A stretch of DNA of 64,000 bases from Lingula anatina (taxonomy: Eukaryota; Animalia; Brachiopoda). This document shows positions 26,701 to 39,572 of this stretch, one piece after another. The notes under the pieces are model-generated. The model searched no databases. It saw nothing but the letters and a program-made list of their open reading frames with translations, and was not told the origin of the DNA. Where the stretch lies: positions 9,920,001-9,984,000 of the forward strand of contig CM120646.1 of the NCBI GenBank assembly GCA_051362555.1, in the 5' to 3' direction. Each line of letters begins with the position of its first letter. The first letter of the stretch is position 1. The position numbers and the translations under genes are program-made.

Positions 26701-29700
26701 CAAAGGACAGTGTGAGGAAGCCACCAGCTTGGGGTCATGGTGCCCGCAACAGTTTGGACAGAGGTAAGGGTGATGCAAGGAAGAGTTGAGTTCTCAAGGA
26801 GAGCTGAAACACATTTTCTTTTGTCGCCGCTGTATGATTATATGATGTTATTCATAAGGACATTTTTGTCTTCGCATACTTGCACTATATACATCGGGCA
26901 TTTAATGCTAATTGGAATGAGTGACATACCCTGATTAATATATTCTGCCACATTACGGCGTACATTGTTGCCAAGCTGTTATTTTTCACAACTTTGCTCT
27001 CTTCCTTGGCTTAGCACGATTAAAGCCTAGATTACATTTGCTGTTGGTGCCTTCCGATGAAATCGTATACGTAACGGCACGAACCTTTTCAGTCTCGATG
27101 GAGTTGCCTTATGTGCGGCCTCCTTGAAGATCGATGCGTTATCGGTACATCAGGCAAACAACCAGTCACTTCTACAATCCCTCTGAGTGACTACTCTACA
27201 CTAAAATCCAGCTAAGTGATGACATTTATTCCACACAAAAAATGTCTAATCTCTGGTCACAAAAGAAAGATGCACTGAATACGTTAGAGGCACATCTTTG
27301 AATATTTAGTAAAAATAAAAAAAGTTATCTGTGATCCGGTATTTCATAGATAATGTTGCGAAAAATGCCGGTGTGATTAGGCATACGGGCTTACAATTGA
27401 AAAATTTTGTTAAAAGTTTAAGCATGACAAAATCGCAGAGGCTACGGAGGCTGTGAATCCTCACGATTTCGTACTATTTCACCGCCTGCCTCCGCACATA
27501 CGACGCACGAAAAAGGGCTTCATGGGCAGTGTACCAGCACCGCACGGACATCGTACTCTCTGACCACAGGGTGTGCTAGTAGTCTGTTACAAAAATGTTG
27601 AATGGCACAGTGGAGTTTTGTATACTATTTTAGAAGCCCCTGATATCATCGCATGACAAATGTAATCTAGGCTTTAATAACGGAAGTTGCGATCAATTGG
27701 GGTCATGCCGATACTCCCCCGCACCGTTACTCCCCCGCACCGATACTCCCCCTTAGTAAATTTTTGCATTATGCACATCGATACGACCCCACACCGATAG
27801 ATCCCCGCATCGATAAACCCCCTGTAAAATTGCCGTTATACGCACACCGTTACTCCCCCGCACCGATACTCCCCCGCGTTGTTGTTTCCCCGCACCGTTA
27901 CTCCCCCGCACCGATACTCCCCCGCATCATTACTCCCCCTATGCAATTTTGACGAAACTGAGGATCGAGTAACAGAGTCAACCCTCCATTTAATTATACA
28001 GGTTAGGGTCAGTCTAGGTAAGTGGATCAAAATCTTCGACCCGTTTAAGTCCAAATTTTGCGGAGAATCTCATGTACCACGCAAGTCCTTTATGCGAAAT
28101 TTCGAGTTCGCACGTATGTAAGCACGTACAGAGGATATTGAACATTTCCAATAGATTCTACGAATAATCTGCGAACAGCGAGGCCGTAAGCGTAATTTGC
28201 TCCCTTTCTAAGGAGTTTGCGATTGGTTTGCAAGTGAGACTTCCCTGGTTCAAGATGCACGCCGCAAGAAATGAAGGAGAAAGAGCCCTTTGCGTGTTGA
28301 GTACGGCGCACGCCCTCACATCTTTATAACGAACAAAATCGAAAACACGACAGGACTGCGAGTATAAAAGGCGTGCTCACGACGCATGCTCGTGTCTCTA
28401 CAATTTCGTTGTGCAACAATTTTCAAAATTTTTGAATTTTGCTCAGTTCAGATTCTAATCTAATTCAGATTCAAAAGACTAGGGAAAGAAGCTTAAAGAG
28501 CAGAAAAGAAGGTTGGAGGAAAAAGACAGAAAACGAAGCGCTTTAGCACTTCTTTTTTTATTACTTAATAATTTTACGAATTCATCGTTGCCTGAAAAAA
28601 AAAGACATAGCTGCGTTATCTTAGATTAAAAATAACTTTGCCTTAAGTTAATAAAAAAATCAAAAAATAAATAAATAAATAAATAAAAGGCCGTACAATA
28701 TATATACAGTAACTACTGAGTAAAGTAGGAGAACGAAATTAATTTTGCAAAAACATTTCTCAAAAATCACAAGGAAGAGCTGTAGACCTACGCACTGTCA
28801 AGCTGCACACTAAGTCTGAGATTGACTTCGTGTAACGTTCTTTATTTTTCCCAATATATTTCGAATAAAATTAGTCAACTCTAGGTCCCAAGAGGGTGGT
28901 GCATCTTGAAAAAAAAAGCATTATAGAAAGTGTTGTAAATTATGAATGGGGTTTACAAAGCCAAGGGAATCTATGCCTTGGGGGAGTAGTGTTTTTGCGG
29001 AGTATCGGTACGCGGGAGTATCAGTGCGGGGGAGTATCGGTGCGGGGATGTAAAGAAGCGGGGGAGTATCGGTGCGAGGGAGTATCGGTGCGGGGGAGTA
29101 TCGGTGCGGGGATGTAAAGAAGTGGGGGAGTATCGGTGCGGGGGAGTATCGGTGCGGGGGAGTATAGGTACGTAACCGATCAATTGATGACTCTCTGAAG
29201 TAATATCCGGCATCGCTGCAGCAACAAATGTCTATAAATTACTGTTTGTGTGACAATTTTCTGTCCCATGCATAGCAGTTAATGTATCAAAATTTCACGT
29301 GTTTCTTTTATTCATAACAGTATCCATAGGCATACCCTTGCATTTTGACATTGCTTCACTTCAGGTATTACTACAACGCGGCGGCGCAGAAATGCATGGC
29401 CTTCTACTACTTGGGTTGCGGCGGTACCCGAAACAACTTTAAAACTAAAAGCGAGTGTGAATCAACCTGTTTGTCGAAATCAACCACCGACAGTGGTTTA
29501 GGTAATCAGTTTTCTTGGTTTTGTTGTAGAAATAACAAGACATTAATCCAATATCCTACCTTATATCCCACTTGTACTATAAAATCCCCTGTTTCATATA
29601 CATGTACACCTTACGATTAAAATTACACACTGGACTTTACAACATAACTTTAACCATTCGGATAAGGCGTTTTCTACCTCGAGTCCCAGAAGGGACATCA

Positions 29701-32443
29701 GATTTGAGTCTTTTTACAACATTTCGTTCTGATTATGGTTCTTAATGGAGTATTAAAGGCGCCTTGTAAAAGCTATTGAATCTGATCTAAAGATAGGCAA
29801 AATAACGTAATTAATGTTTAAGTTCTATTTGTTCAGTGAATAGATGTTATGTAATTTATGACCACTTTCTAAAGATGGTCGTTTGCTTTTAAGATGTTTG
29901 TAGGCCTACATGTTAACCCACAGGATGCACATTGATATTTTGATATTCATATTTCAGAGTGTTCGCTGCCTGCTGATAGTGGTACTTGCTATGGTTATAG
30001 GACAAGGTACTATTACAACCCGGGCAGTAAACAATGCCAGTCGTTTGTTTATGGAGGCTGTGGGGGAAACGCAAACAATTTCGCCAGTCTGGCAACTTGT
30101 CAAGCTAAGTGCGTCACCAAAAGTGGTAAGGAATGCACTAATAACAATTAACATTTCATCGTATAATATCTATAATCTGACGATATTCATGAGGGTAAGA
30201 GGATGTAAAGAAGGGTGTACCCACGAAGTTGGGAAGGAGGCCTAGGGGGCAAACGATGGTGAGGTAGATCAGTATTTGAAGTCAATCTTATCAACATTTA
30301 TCTTTTGAATAAAGTGGAGGTGTTTTGCCATTAATTGCGAGATGACGACATGGATGAGAGGTGGTGGTAGTCTGTGGGTACGAGAAGTATGCTGAGTATT
30401 GGAAGGGGTGGGGCAAGGGAGGTTACTGTGACTATCATCACTTCTATAGAAGTATTTGTAGTGTGTTGCTATGGGGAATAATTAGATGATTCGATGGGGG
30501 GGGGGGTCGTTGATCGAGAGCAGGATAGAGGCTTAAATAGGACAGTAGATGACTGAGCACAATGGGGTTACTACTTTGCTGTGGGAGCAACAGTGAACAG
30601 TGAACACTGGCGAAATAAATAATAATCTGTTAGTCATTAATAATCATGTAAGACCCTCATTTTGTCGCGCTTTTCTGCATTCTTACTGATAGAGGTTTTC
30701 ATAAGAGCCTTGGCTCTATCCTTGTGAGACATCGAGGAAGAATATTTAAGTTATACTTTTGTAGGAATTTTAAATACACGCTGTGGCTGGTAATCGTGTT
30801 TCAGAGTGTTCGCTGCCTGCTGATCGCGGCCCTTGCTATGGATATATGACCAGGTACCGCTACAACACGGCCTCTAAGCAATGCCAGTCGTTCCTCTATG
30901 GTGGCTGTGGGGGGAACGCAAACAATTTCGTCAGCATGGCAGCTTGTCAAGCAAAGTGCGGAGTTGCACAGACCAGTGAGTTTTTGGTGCTTATGCTGTC
31001 AATTTGGAAAAAATGAGTAAAGCGTGTGAAAGGGTATGCCATTGTCTGTGGGTCATTTAACTGCCTGCCTCTCTTCGTCCATGATATGACCTGTGCTGTC
31101 GTACAAGAAGGATAGGTGACGATATATACATGTAGCACAGCACAGTTCTACTAAAATCTAGTCTTCTACTGACCTAAATATCCAGCTTCAGTTCTGATGT
31201 AAGATGTGAAATATAGATTGTACATTTTTGTACAAGTATTGGATACAAGTATTGCGACTAGTATTGCAACATAGTGAGCAGATTGAAAGCTACGGCAAAT
31301 GTAGGCGAACTTCGTTTCCTACCCTAGCTCTAGAGTAGTCAATGCCTTTTTTTAAAAATAGGCAATATATTATATCGTATCATTCTATTCTACATTAAAC
31401 ATGAGTATAAGTAAACTTTGATATTTGCTTACAATCAGGATATTGAAGAAGATGCAGTTTAAAAGCTTATTTATGTTGGCTGAGTGATTAATTTGGTTTA
31501 TCCTTTGGATTTTGAGTCATATAAAACTGCTTATTGTGATTTATATGCGTTACAGGGAATCAATGCTCGCTTGTTATGTAACTATAAATCTAAAATGAGG
31601 TTTATCTTTATGTACGCATTAAACATTTTACCAGCAATAAATGCCCCTCCCCCCCTTTTCCAGATGATCCCACCAAACAATGTATAAATGTTACAATTCA
31701 GATGCACATGATATGTGCATTTTTGTCCATAAAGTATGCACCTTGATTGTGCGACCATTTGCTATGTCTAAATTGAAAATACAAGCGTTGCCATTTTATA
31801 AAATGGCTGTCAATTGAAACAAGACCGCAGATGGACGGATGATTGATAGTGGGCTAAACGACGTTATGAGTGAACATATATGTATATGCAATCCCCGCGT
31901 TGTCTCTGAAACGCCGATTTTTGATCACTACTCAAACACAGTATAACAACGGGTGGAATACACGGGGTAAACTAGGCCAAAACGAATTGGCTAATTCATA
32001 AATGCAAAGTAGCGCTGGCAATTTTTTCTCTTAGGCAAATCACTACTTTTTCATCACTTTTTTCTGAAATGGTGTAAATTTTACTTAAACAAGTTAAATC
32101 AACCCTACTGGTATTTTGTTTAGGCAATTTAAGTCAGTTAAAGTATTTGGCTAAATTAGAGAATGTAAGGTGTGGATTTGATATTCTCATCAACATACTT
32201 AATGATAGGTACTGATGTGAGCTACTTTGGCGGGAGAGGACAGTTTACCCCACTTCAGGGCAACGCTGCAGTATTTGGAATACCCCGCTGGCAGCCGACG
32301 GGGGCAGTTTCTATTGGAGGACCAATCAAATTGCAACCGGCACGGACTTGCGCAGTAAGGCTGTAATCATGCAATACAATGCAATGGTCAGATACGCTAA
32401 ACCGTATAATTGATTAGCTAAGAAATGTATCGGTGCTATTGTT

Positions 32444-32480
<37 letters not shown>

Positions 32481-34521
32481 ACGTTTCAGATCTCAAAAGT
32501 CCCGTAGTTGCAATCAACTCAAACTGCATATGTTATCTTCTGAAAGGCTGACTGTATTATCGTTGCAGACGATGGACTGCCCCTTTGGTCATACGTGTGT
32601 GGAAAAAGACGTCCAGTGCATCCGGGCACCGTGTCCCAAAGTGTCAGAATGCATTCTTTCTTCACCTGAAGCTGAGACCAGCTCAGAGACAGGTACATTA
32701 TGCACTGCTCATTGTTCATTGACACATTGCAGTATAGTAAAGAATTCAATTACGGCATTCACTATGGCTAACCGATAGTGTCTTCACAATGCGATTTCTT
32801 GTTTTATTCGTAAGTGAAAGAAAATAAAGGCTATTTTTTTCTAATCTTTTAGGCACGGAAGAGCCACCTTCAGGTAATATAAATTCACTTATGCGTCAAT
32901 TAATTGCAAATGAATATAGGAATTTATTTTTCGAGCAATTTTTCTTGGGTATGAGAAACTGGTTTTCCTTCAGGTAAAATTCAATTTGGCGCAAACATTT
33001 CTGGGTGCTTTTAAGAGAAAACGACCAGAAAAAGTATCCGTTGATTAATTATGTTAGTTTTTATTCATAGTCCCACTGCACTCGAAAGTTTGCCATTGTT
33101 TCTGACTCCACTCTCCTCTAAATCTCACTTGATTTTTGGGCACATCGCGAGACTTTGGGCTATCTCGGATGCACCCTATTGCCCCTAAGCATTCGTTTAA
33201 TTCTCTGCATATCACTCAGTCTAGGATTACTTGTAAGTGCACTTGACAGAGTAATCGACCATCTGTCTTTTCTTTTCTCTTTTTTTTTCTTTTATACAAC
33301 CAGAATGCACTGGTGGACAGGTTTTGCAGAGGTGTGTCTCCCCATGTAAGCAGCCTACTTGTAGGGACCAGCCGCAGATCCACCTGTGGTCGTGCCTCAA
33401 GAAATGTGGGGAGCTAAAGTGCGCATGTCCTCCGGAGAAACCTCACTTTGATTCAGGAGTGTGCAAGAGCTCTGAGGAGTGTGGAAGGGAAAGAGAAGAA
33501 AACCAAGCGCCGACAGGTTGATTTATATATTTTTCTTGCCCTGAGAACTCCAACTGCCCAAGCTAAACAATCCCCGTTCTTTTTGCAGTTCGTGCCCAGA
33601 CCGCTGCTTTTGACTTTCATAAACTCTACTATTCAGCTACCCGTACGTTTAGAAACAATTTGTTTACAGGTGATGAAAAGTTATTTCTATCCGTATAAAA
33701 AAGACAGGGGCTTTCTATATATAATCAATTAACATATCTCCAGTAGATTCAAATAACATACTTTTCGCCTGCTCCAGAAAACCTGAAACCAGCAGTGAAG
33801 TCTAGCTTAACGCCCAAACAGACAGGCATACCACACCCTCTTGTACTTCCACGGACTTCCACGGACTTTATTTAGGCCTCTTTTTTTTTCAGAATGCCCC
33901 CCGGGTCAAGTGTACAAGGAGTGTCCTTTCATCTGCAAACCTACATGTGAGGACCCTAATCCAGAGTGTACAGACACCACGTGCCCACCCCCAGGGTGCG
34001 AGTGCTCTCAGTTCACGCCTATCTTCTACAACAATAAGTGCATCTCGGCTGCAGAATGTCCATCTCCAGCAGAAAGAACGGATGTCTCCACCGAGACTGC
34101 TGACCCAATCCCTGTCAAGAAGCCGATAGCATCTTCAAATGGTAAAATACTCTCTTGATTGCCAGAGAAATAAAATGTACATTAGAAGGAAGAAAGTCAC
34201 TGTAGCAAAACGGCACACTGAGCATATAAAGGTGAAATGCCTGTGTGTTGGTTAAAATCAGTTGTCTGCAGTAATATTTGGAAGCACGCCTCTAAATTTG
34301 ATTTTTTTCCTTTATTTACCATTGACAGACCTTGGTTTTTGACCAACTTTATAGAATAGCACAAGCCGGAAATCTTGAAATTTCGGCAGATTTTGTAGTT
34401 TTAGATGTTCATTAATTAAAAAGTTTTCGGGTTAATGAAAGTTAAACAAACAGTTCATTTTCTAATCAAACACTTCCCATGACAAGGAAGTGAAATACGA
34501 CATGCCCTTGGCGATAAGGGG

Positions 34522-34565
<44 letters not shown>

Positions 34566-37500
34566 TTCGGTTCTTACATATTTATTATGATTATAACCTG
34601 ACGATACGTTCTTTTATTATTCTGCTTAAATAACAATAACAAATTTCCAAACAGATTATAAACTGTATGCCACACCGCAAAATAGGCCGTGGCCACGCAC
34701 GCCAACATTCTCAAAATCACGTACATAAGGTTTCTTCTAATTGTTCTGTTCTGCAGCCTGTCCTATCCAGAACCAGGTGTACACACAATGCTCCTCAAAC
34801 TGTGATGTGTCTCCGAGCTGCCAAAACCCTGAACCACGGTGTAACACGCGAATATGTGGACCACCGCGATGCGAGTGCCCCAAGTCTGCGCCCATCCTTT
34901 ACGATGGCAAGTGTATTACCATAGCTGACTGCAAACAGCTACAAGCGGTTGTTATCATGCCCATGCCACACAAACCTCCCCAGGGACACGGCACTAACGG
35001 AAATAACAACCAAGGTGATGGATCAATGACCGTTTTACCCATGCCGGATAAAAATGTTCTGCCAGCAAGCGATGACACAGTAAGACCAGGTAAGGATTTT
35101 TTTGCACCATGAAGAAATGTACATTTCTCAAAACATTTTCGTGATTACATGTCAAATAATAATAAAGGTTTATTGTGTTCTTTGCAATATATAAGACATA
35201 TATTGAATGTTTATGGATAAAAGTATAAAGATATAGTATTAAAATAGAGCTTTAAGATAAATTCTAAATTATAAAAACAATAATGAGGTTAAAAATGGTG
35301 ATTCGTTGTTTTTTTTAAAGCTAAAAGTTCACGGATAGACCTTGATCATTGACATGTATATAAACAGTATGGAATAAAAGTGTTTCTATATCTTTTTGTC
35401 CGACATTTTGGTAAAACATATCTATAAACATTCCTGGGGTCCTTTTCTATGACACGAGTGTTAGGTAAAAGATGATTTAATCTTTGGGTACACAGTTTTA
35501 TCTCATTAAATAATTTTTTGCACAAGTCAGTACGCCGAGATTTCAAGTTAGGTAATTCAGTGATGTCCATTGCTTCGTTTTAAGTGAGTTCAGGGTATAT
35601 AATATGAAGAGCTCTTTTCTGGATGTTCTCTAAGGCTTTAGATTGCTGTGCGGTAATTCCAGCATGCCATAGCTGACAAGCATACTCAAGTGTTGGTCTG
35701 AGATAGCTTTTATAAATTTGTAAGAGGTCATATCTCGGCACCCCAGCGTGTTTGACCATGCATAAGAAATACAGTCTGGATGCAGCTTTTGAGAGAATTT
35801 TTTCTATATGTAAGTCCCATTTCAAATTAAAACTGATATGAACTCCCAGCAGTTTGGCATGTGAAACTTGTTCGATTTTTATACCATCAATTATTAGGTT
35901 ATCAGGCACAGTTGGGTTTTTACTGAAATAGATAAACAGTTCAACATTTTTTTAGGATTAATTAGCATGTTATTTTGTTTTGTCCATTCATATAGGTTTG
36001 AGGCTGCTATGGGAATTTTAGATTGTGTAGGTTTGGCACCTTGTTCTATTTCCCTTGGAGATGGTTGGTGAACTGTCTCATAAACTGTAGTGTCATCCAC
36101 ATACTTTACTGCTGGTAAAAAACATTCCATGTCATGTCAAAGTTAATTTATCACCCATACACCTATAAATAGCATGATCACCTAGTCAGACTTGCTCTGT
36201 CAAAATTTAGAACATATTAAAAGTTGAAATTATAAAATAGCAAGCACACTGCAAAGTTAACATATGTTTTACAGGTATTTAATCTTTTGTAATGGAATAA
36301 CTGTAATATAAAGAACGAATTCTCTAACGTGTTTTGAATTGATGGACGCCAATAATCATATAATGCATAGTTTTGTTTTTTTTTTTAATTTAGTTTTTTT
36401 GGGGGATGAAATTGCTTATTTATTTCTGTGTAATTACTTTTCTTAGGGATATTTCAAAACGGTATGATGCCATAAAATATCAGAGAGTTAAATAATTAAA
36501 ACACATTAAGTGATATGTAATTTGTGAGAATACATGTACATTGGGTCCTACCATGTATCCATTTAATGTAGAGGCACCTTTCAGGGGACTCTTGAGAAAT
36601 ACTTTTTATTAGATGAAGAACTTTTTTTCAAGATTTCATGAGTCCTTTAACTTATTTGTTAAAGAAGATTGTTTTAAAGTTAGAGTAAACCGTGCTTGCG
36701 CTCCTATTTCATTACTAGCCTGTCCGATTCCTGGCCAAGTGTGGAAACGCTGCACATTGAGTTGTGATGCAGTGCGCAGTTGCGACAACCCCTACCCAGC
36801 GTGCGCCAATTCGTGCGGCCCTGAAGGCTGTGAGTGCTCACAGTTCTCCCCGTATCTCCACAATGGAACTTGTGTGTCGGCCTGCCCAGATGAAAGTCAA
36901 ATGACTTCTCAAAATAACGGTGAGGTTTCCTCGTCGCTGCACAGCTGGAAGTTCGTGTTTCGACCTTAGTAAAATCATAATATTGCTTTTTTCAAGTAAT
37001 TATAACATGTTTCACAAATTGCAAAGCTTAAAGTGACTTTTTTTTTTAAACTATTTAAATTTTTTTGATATTACTTTCCCTCTCTGTGTAAGTTGCTGTT
37101 TTCACTTTATTTTGAGCTGTTTCAGCATTTAGATAATGCCTTTGAAATAAAGGAGTTGGTTTTCATCATGACGTGGTTAATATTACATGGTGTAACAAGA
37201 TAATAAATTGCAATGTCATATTTCTCTCCAGAATGCCCCATTCCCGGCCAGCAGTACCAGACATGTGCTTCAATGTGCCCTGCTACGTGTGAGATGCCAA
37301 ATCCTATTTGCATAAAGATGTGTGCGCCGGCCCAGTGCCAGTGTGTCCATCCAACACCTATTCTAAAGGATGGCAGATGCATTTCGGAGGCAGAATGTCC
37401 AACGCCAAGCCCTTTGGTGGCGGCAGGTGGGTTCACTGGTGTTACCTAAACCACACGCGTGCGCCTGCACACTGCCATATATGTAACGATAACGCACATT

Positions 37501-38333
37501 ACAAGGCGGACGCTTTTAGTTCATGACATAAGTTAGGATTAACAGTTAGGATCATAAATAATTGTAAAGACAGAGTGAAATAAGACAAGAGTCGAGTGTT
37601 ACTTATGGGTTTAATGGATGTGTCAAAATTACCATCATGCTGTACAGCCAATATGGAGTCGATAACAGCGAAACTGGTGTCGAATTTAGAATCACGCAAT
37701 CCTGTACTATGTGGCTACAGCTAACAAACGTGTTTCACCCGCATGCATCGTTACTTCCCCACATCGTTACCAACCCGAATCGTTACTCCGTAATAGTATA
37801 AGTGCGTCATATAAAATAGACCTCTTAAAATTCTAAATCCAAACTGTCAATAATGGGACTGAAATTGACAAATTCCAAACGCCATTTAAAACGCGATGAC
37901 TGGGAGGGACTGTGACGGTTCGGGGCAGTATCGGTGTGGGTATAATATCATAAGTTTGCAAGGGGCAGTAGCCTTTATCTTTGGACGAGAGATCAGCTAT
38001 GCCCAGAAGCTCTAGAGTAACTAGAAACTGTATTAAACTTGATTTCTTGTGTAATTCAATTGTAATTTTTGATGCCTTGTTTATTTCAAAATGACAGGCA
38101 CCATACTGTTTCACATAATAAGATAGCTTTTGAGTTTGATTTTGATTTTGATTTTAGGATCCTGTAGCGGCGGTATGGAGTGGGTAGAGTGTTCCTCGCC
38201 CTGCACGAAAACCTGTGACAACCTGGGCGAGGCATGCATGGACACATGCGGCCCTGCTAAGTGCCAGTGTCCCACTGGGACTGTCCTGCACTTGGATCAG
38301 TGCATTCCCGCTGATAAATGCCCCAGCAGCTAA
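23750..38333 (+). CDS. Secreted multidomain Kunitz/TIL protease-inhibitor-like protein, 16 coding exons
   Basis: Phase-consistent GT-AG exon chain: signal peptide, FOLN-like, 3 Kunitz, FOLN-like with CIRAPC, 6 TIL (10-Cys) domains, stop 38331-38333. Confidence 0.8.
24651..24758 (+). CDS. Exon 2 (end of signal peptide, Tyr-rich N-terminus)
   Basis: ctacag|GTGCTG...TGCCTG|gtatat; [36 protein letters not shown]. Confidence 0.65.
25689..25746 (+). CDS. Exon 3 (follistatin-N-like module)
   Basis: tttcag|ACGCTG...AGAT|gtaggt; [19 protein letters not shown]. Confidence 0.7.
25811..26280 (+). mobile_element. HINE-like repeat copy in intron
   Basis: tttttatgtacagacac 5' end and atgtctgtatattttacggctttg 3' end. 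Confidence 0.55.
26679..26763 (+). CDS. Exon 4 (N-terminal half of Kunitz 1)
   Basis: ggtag|GTGTTAGG...CAGAG|gtaagg; [29 protein letters not shown]. Confidence 0.75.
27020..27677. mobile_element. Harbinger-like MITE
   Basis: ttaaagcctagattacatttg ... caaatgtaatctaggctttaa, perfect 21-bp inverted ends. Confidence 0.7.
27700..29177. mobile_element. Mutator/Rehavkus-like foldback element with tandemly repeated subtermini
   Basis: 9-bp direct repeat gatcaattg at 27691-27699 and 29178-29186; inverted arrays of 16-bp ccgatactcccccgca. Confidence 0.8.
29365..29501 (+). CDS. Exon 5 (C-terminal half of Kunitz 1)
   Basis: [35 protein letters not shown]. Confidence 0.9.
29958..30125 (+). CDS. Exon 6 (Kunitz 2)
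   Basis: [51 protein letters not shown]. Confidence 0.93.
30805..30975 (+). CDS. Exon 7 (Kunitz 3)
   Basis: [51 protein letters not shown]. Confidence 0.93.
32209..32354 (+). CDS. Exon 8 (Gly/Pro-rich linker)
   Basis: gatag|GTACTG...TGCGCA|gtaagg, phase 1 to 0. Confidence 0.7.
32569..32692 (+). CDS. Exon 9 (FOLN-like module with CIRAPC loop)
   Basis: [28 protein letters not shown]. Confidence 0.8.
32853..32873 (+). CDS. Exon 10, 21-nt microexon (GTEEPPS)
   Basis: ttttctaatcttttag|GCACGGAAGAGCCACCTTCAG|gtaata. Confidence 0.6.
33304..33516 (+). CDS. Exon 11 (TIL 1)
   Basis: [19 protein letters not shown]...[21 protein letters not shown]. Confidence 0.88.
33893..34141 (+). CDS. Exon 12 (TIL 2 plus linker)
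   Basis: [25 protein letters not shown]...[21 protein letters not shown]. Confidence 0.9.
34757..35089 (+). CDS. Exon 13 (TIL 3 plus linker)
   Basis: [21 protein letters not shown]...[21 protein letters not shown]. Confidence 0.88.
35346..36130 (-). mobile_element. 5'-truncated, frameshifted LINE (CR1/L2-like) reverse transcriptase remnant in intron
   Basis: [56 protein letters not shown] across three broken ORFs. Confidence 0.9.
36719..36919 (+). CDS. Exon 14 (TIL 4)
   Basis: [21 protein letters not shown]...[19 protein letters not shown]. Confidence 0.88.
37232..37426 (+). CDS. Exon 15 (TIL 5)
   Basis: [37 protein letters not shown]...CISEAEC. Confidence 0.9.
38158..38333 (+). CDS. Exon 16 (TIL 6, stop)
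   Basis: [56 protein letters not shown]. Confidence 0.9.
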
Positions 38334-38611
38334 AACACACACAGATTAGTGCGTGGACACCTTGAGTGATATCTTGGTTTGATGCGTGAAAGCTCAGTGT
38401 ATCTCTGCAGATATCATTTATTTATTACGATGCAAGGAAAACTCAAGAACACAGTATTTCGGTTAAAATGATATTTATGTACGAAATACGTGGCACAGAC
38501 AATTCATATCATTCACCTCGAAGGCTTGGCATATACAGGCTTGGATATTGGATGATTTTACTGTTAGGTGCCTTTTTTAAACCATCTGGCTCTTATGACA
38601 TCAGGGCGACT

Positions 38612-38856
38612 AAGGGAGCATTCACATCGAGAAGAGCCGAGGTCTAGCAAGGCCAAGACCTAAATATGGCGGACCTACATGAAAGTAAGACCGCGTAATG
38701 ACATTCATTGAGAGACCATTAAAGGATTACGCGTTCCTCAATGAATATCTTTGAGAGACCATTAAAGGATTACGCGGTCTTCCTTTCATGTAGGTCCGCC
38801 ATATTTAGGTCTCGGCCTTGCTAGACCTCGGCTCTTCTCGATGTGAATGCTCTCTA
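38612..38856. mobile_element. Palindromic MITE, ~85-bp arms; related fragment at 43018-43075
   Basis: gagcattcacatcgagaagagccgagg...gcgtaat and its reverse complement; internal direct repeat ttgagagaccattaaaggattacgcg x2. Confidence 0.8.
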
Positions 38857-38924
38857 AAATTTCTAGCTGTTACTGGTCAAGAAAAGTGCACAAGGACATA
38901 CTGCTGAAAAATTTGATGCTACCG

Positions 38925-39125
38925 ACTTAGACCCCATTCCGATCCAACTAGATCGACCTAACTCCCTGGGGGTTCACGCTAAATAGCCGTCAGCCGACTG
39001 GGCACAAAAGTTAATTACCCCCTTGCAGCTTGTAGTAGGCGGGACGGACATTTAAGCCGGATTATCTGACAGTAATCTAGTGAGACTCCCCACGGGGATA
39101 GATCGATCTAAATACTATGGGAATG
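38925..39125 (-). repeat. Dispersed repeat, reverse complement of 45393-45555
   Basis: agtaatctagtgagactcccc.cggggatagatcgatcta is shared in inverted orientation. Confidence 0.75.
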
Positions 39126-39572
39126 CACTCTTAGAATGAAAAATAAAATTTGAAACTGATTTAAGAGTTTTTAAACTTATATTCCAAGATCATCATCTGG
39201 AAGGCTGCTATTCCTAATGAAATAACAAGTGCTTAATTTTATGTTGTTTTTTAAATGGGAAGCTCTTTCATGGCTTACCTTTTTAAGAGTTTTCATTCAA
39301 ATTTGATTATAAAAAAGTTCTAAAAGTTTTTTAAAACGTGTTTCGTCTTGAATCATAAAGTAACATTACATGAACTAGATTTTATCACACCAAATTTCAT
39401 CCTACAGTTAAAGGGGACTACTCCCCCGGCCGTGCCTCATTCTAGTCAAAGCACCCATACAGTGTAATTGAAATTTTGGCAATGGGTCTGTCGTTGATCA
39501 ATCACCTGCTTCACATACAGAAAATCGGAAGAAAACTGTAGTGTATATTTAGATATATTCCATGAACCTTAA

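Noticed and set aside
27764-29213. [12 protein letters not shown]-type repeat ORFs
   Set aside because: Translations of the 16-bp subterminal arrays of the Mutator-like element
23750-38333. Naming the gene papilin, TFPI or zonadhesin
   Set aside because: Diagnostic domains (TSP1/Ig/PLAC, VWD/MAM) are absent and TFPI has no TIL domains
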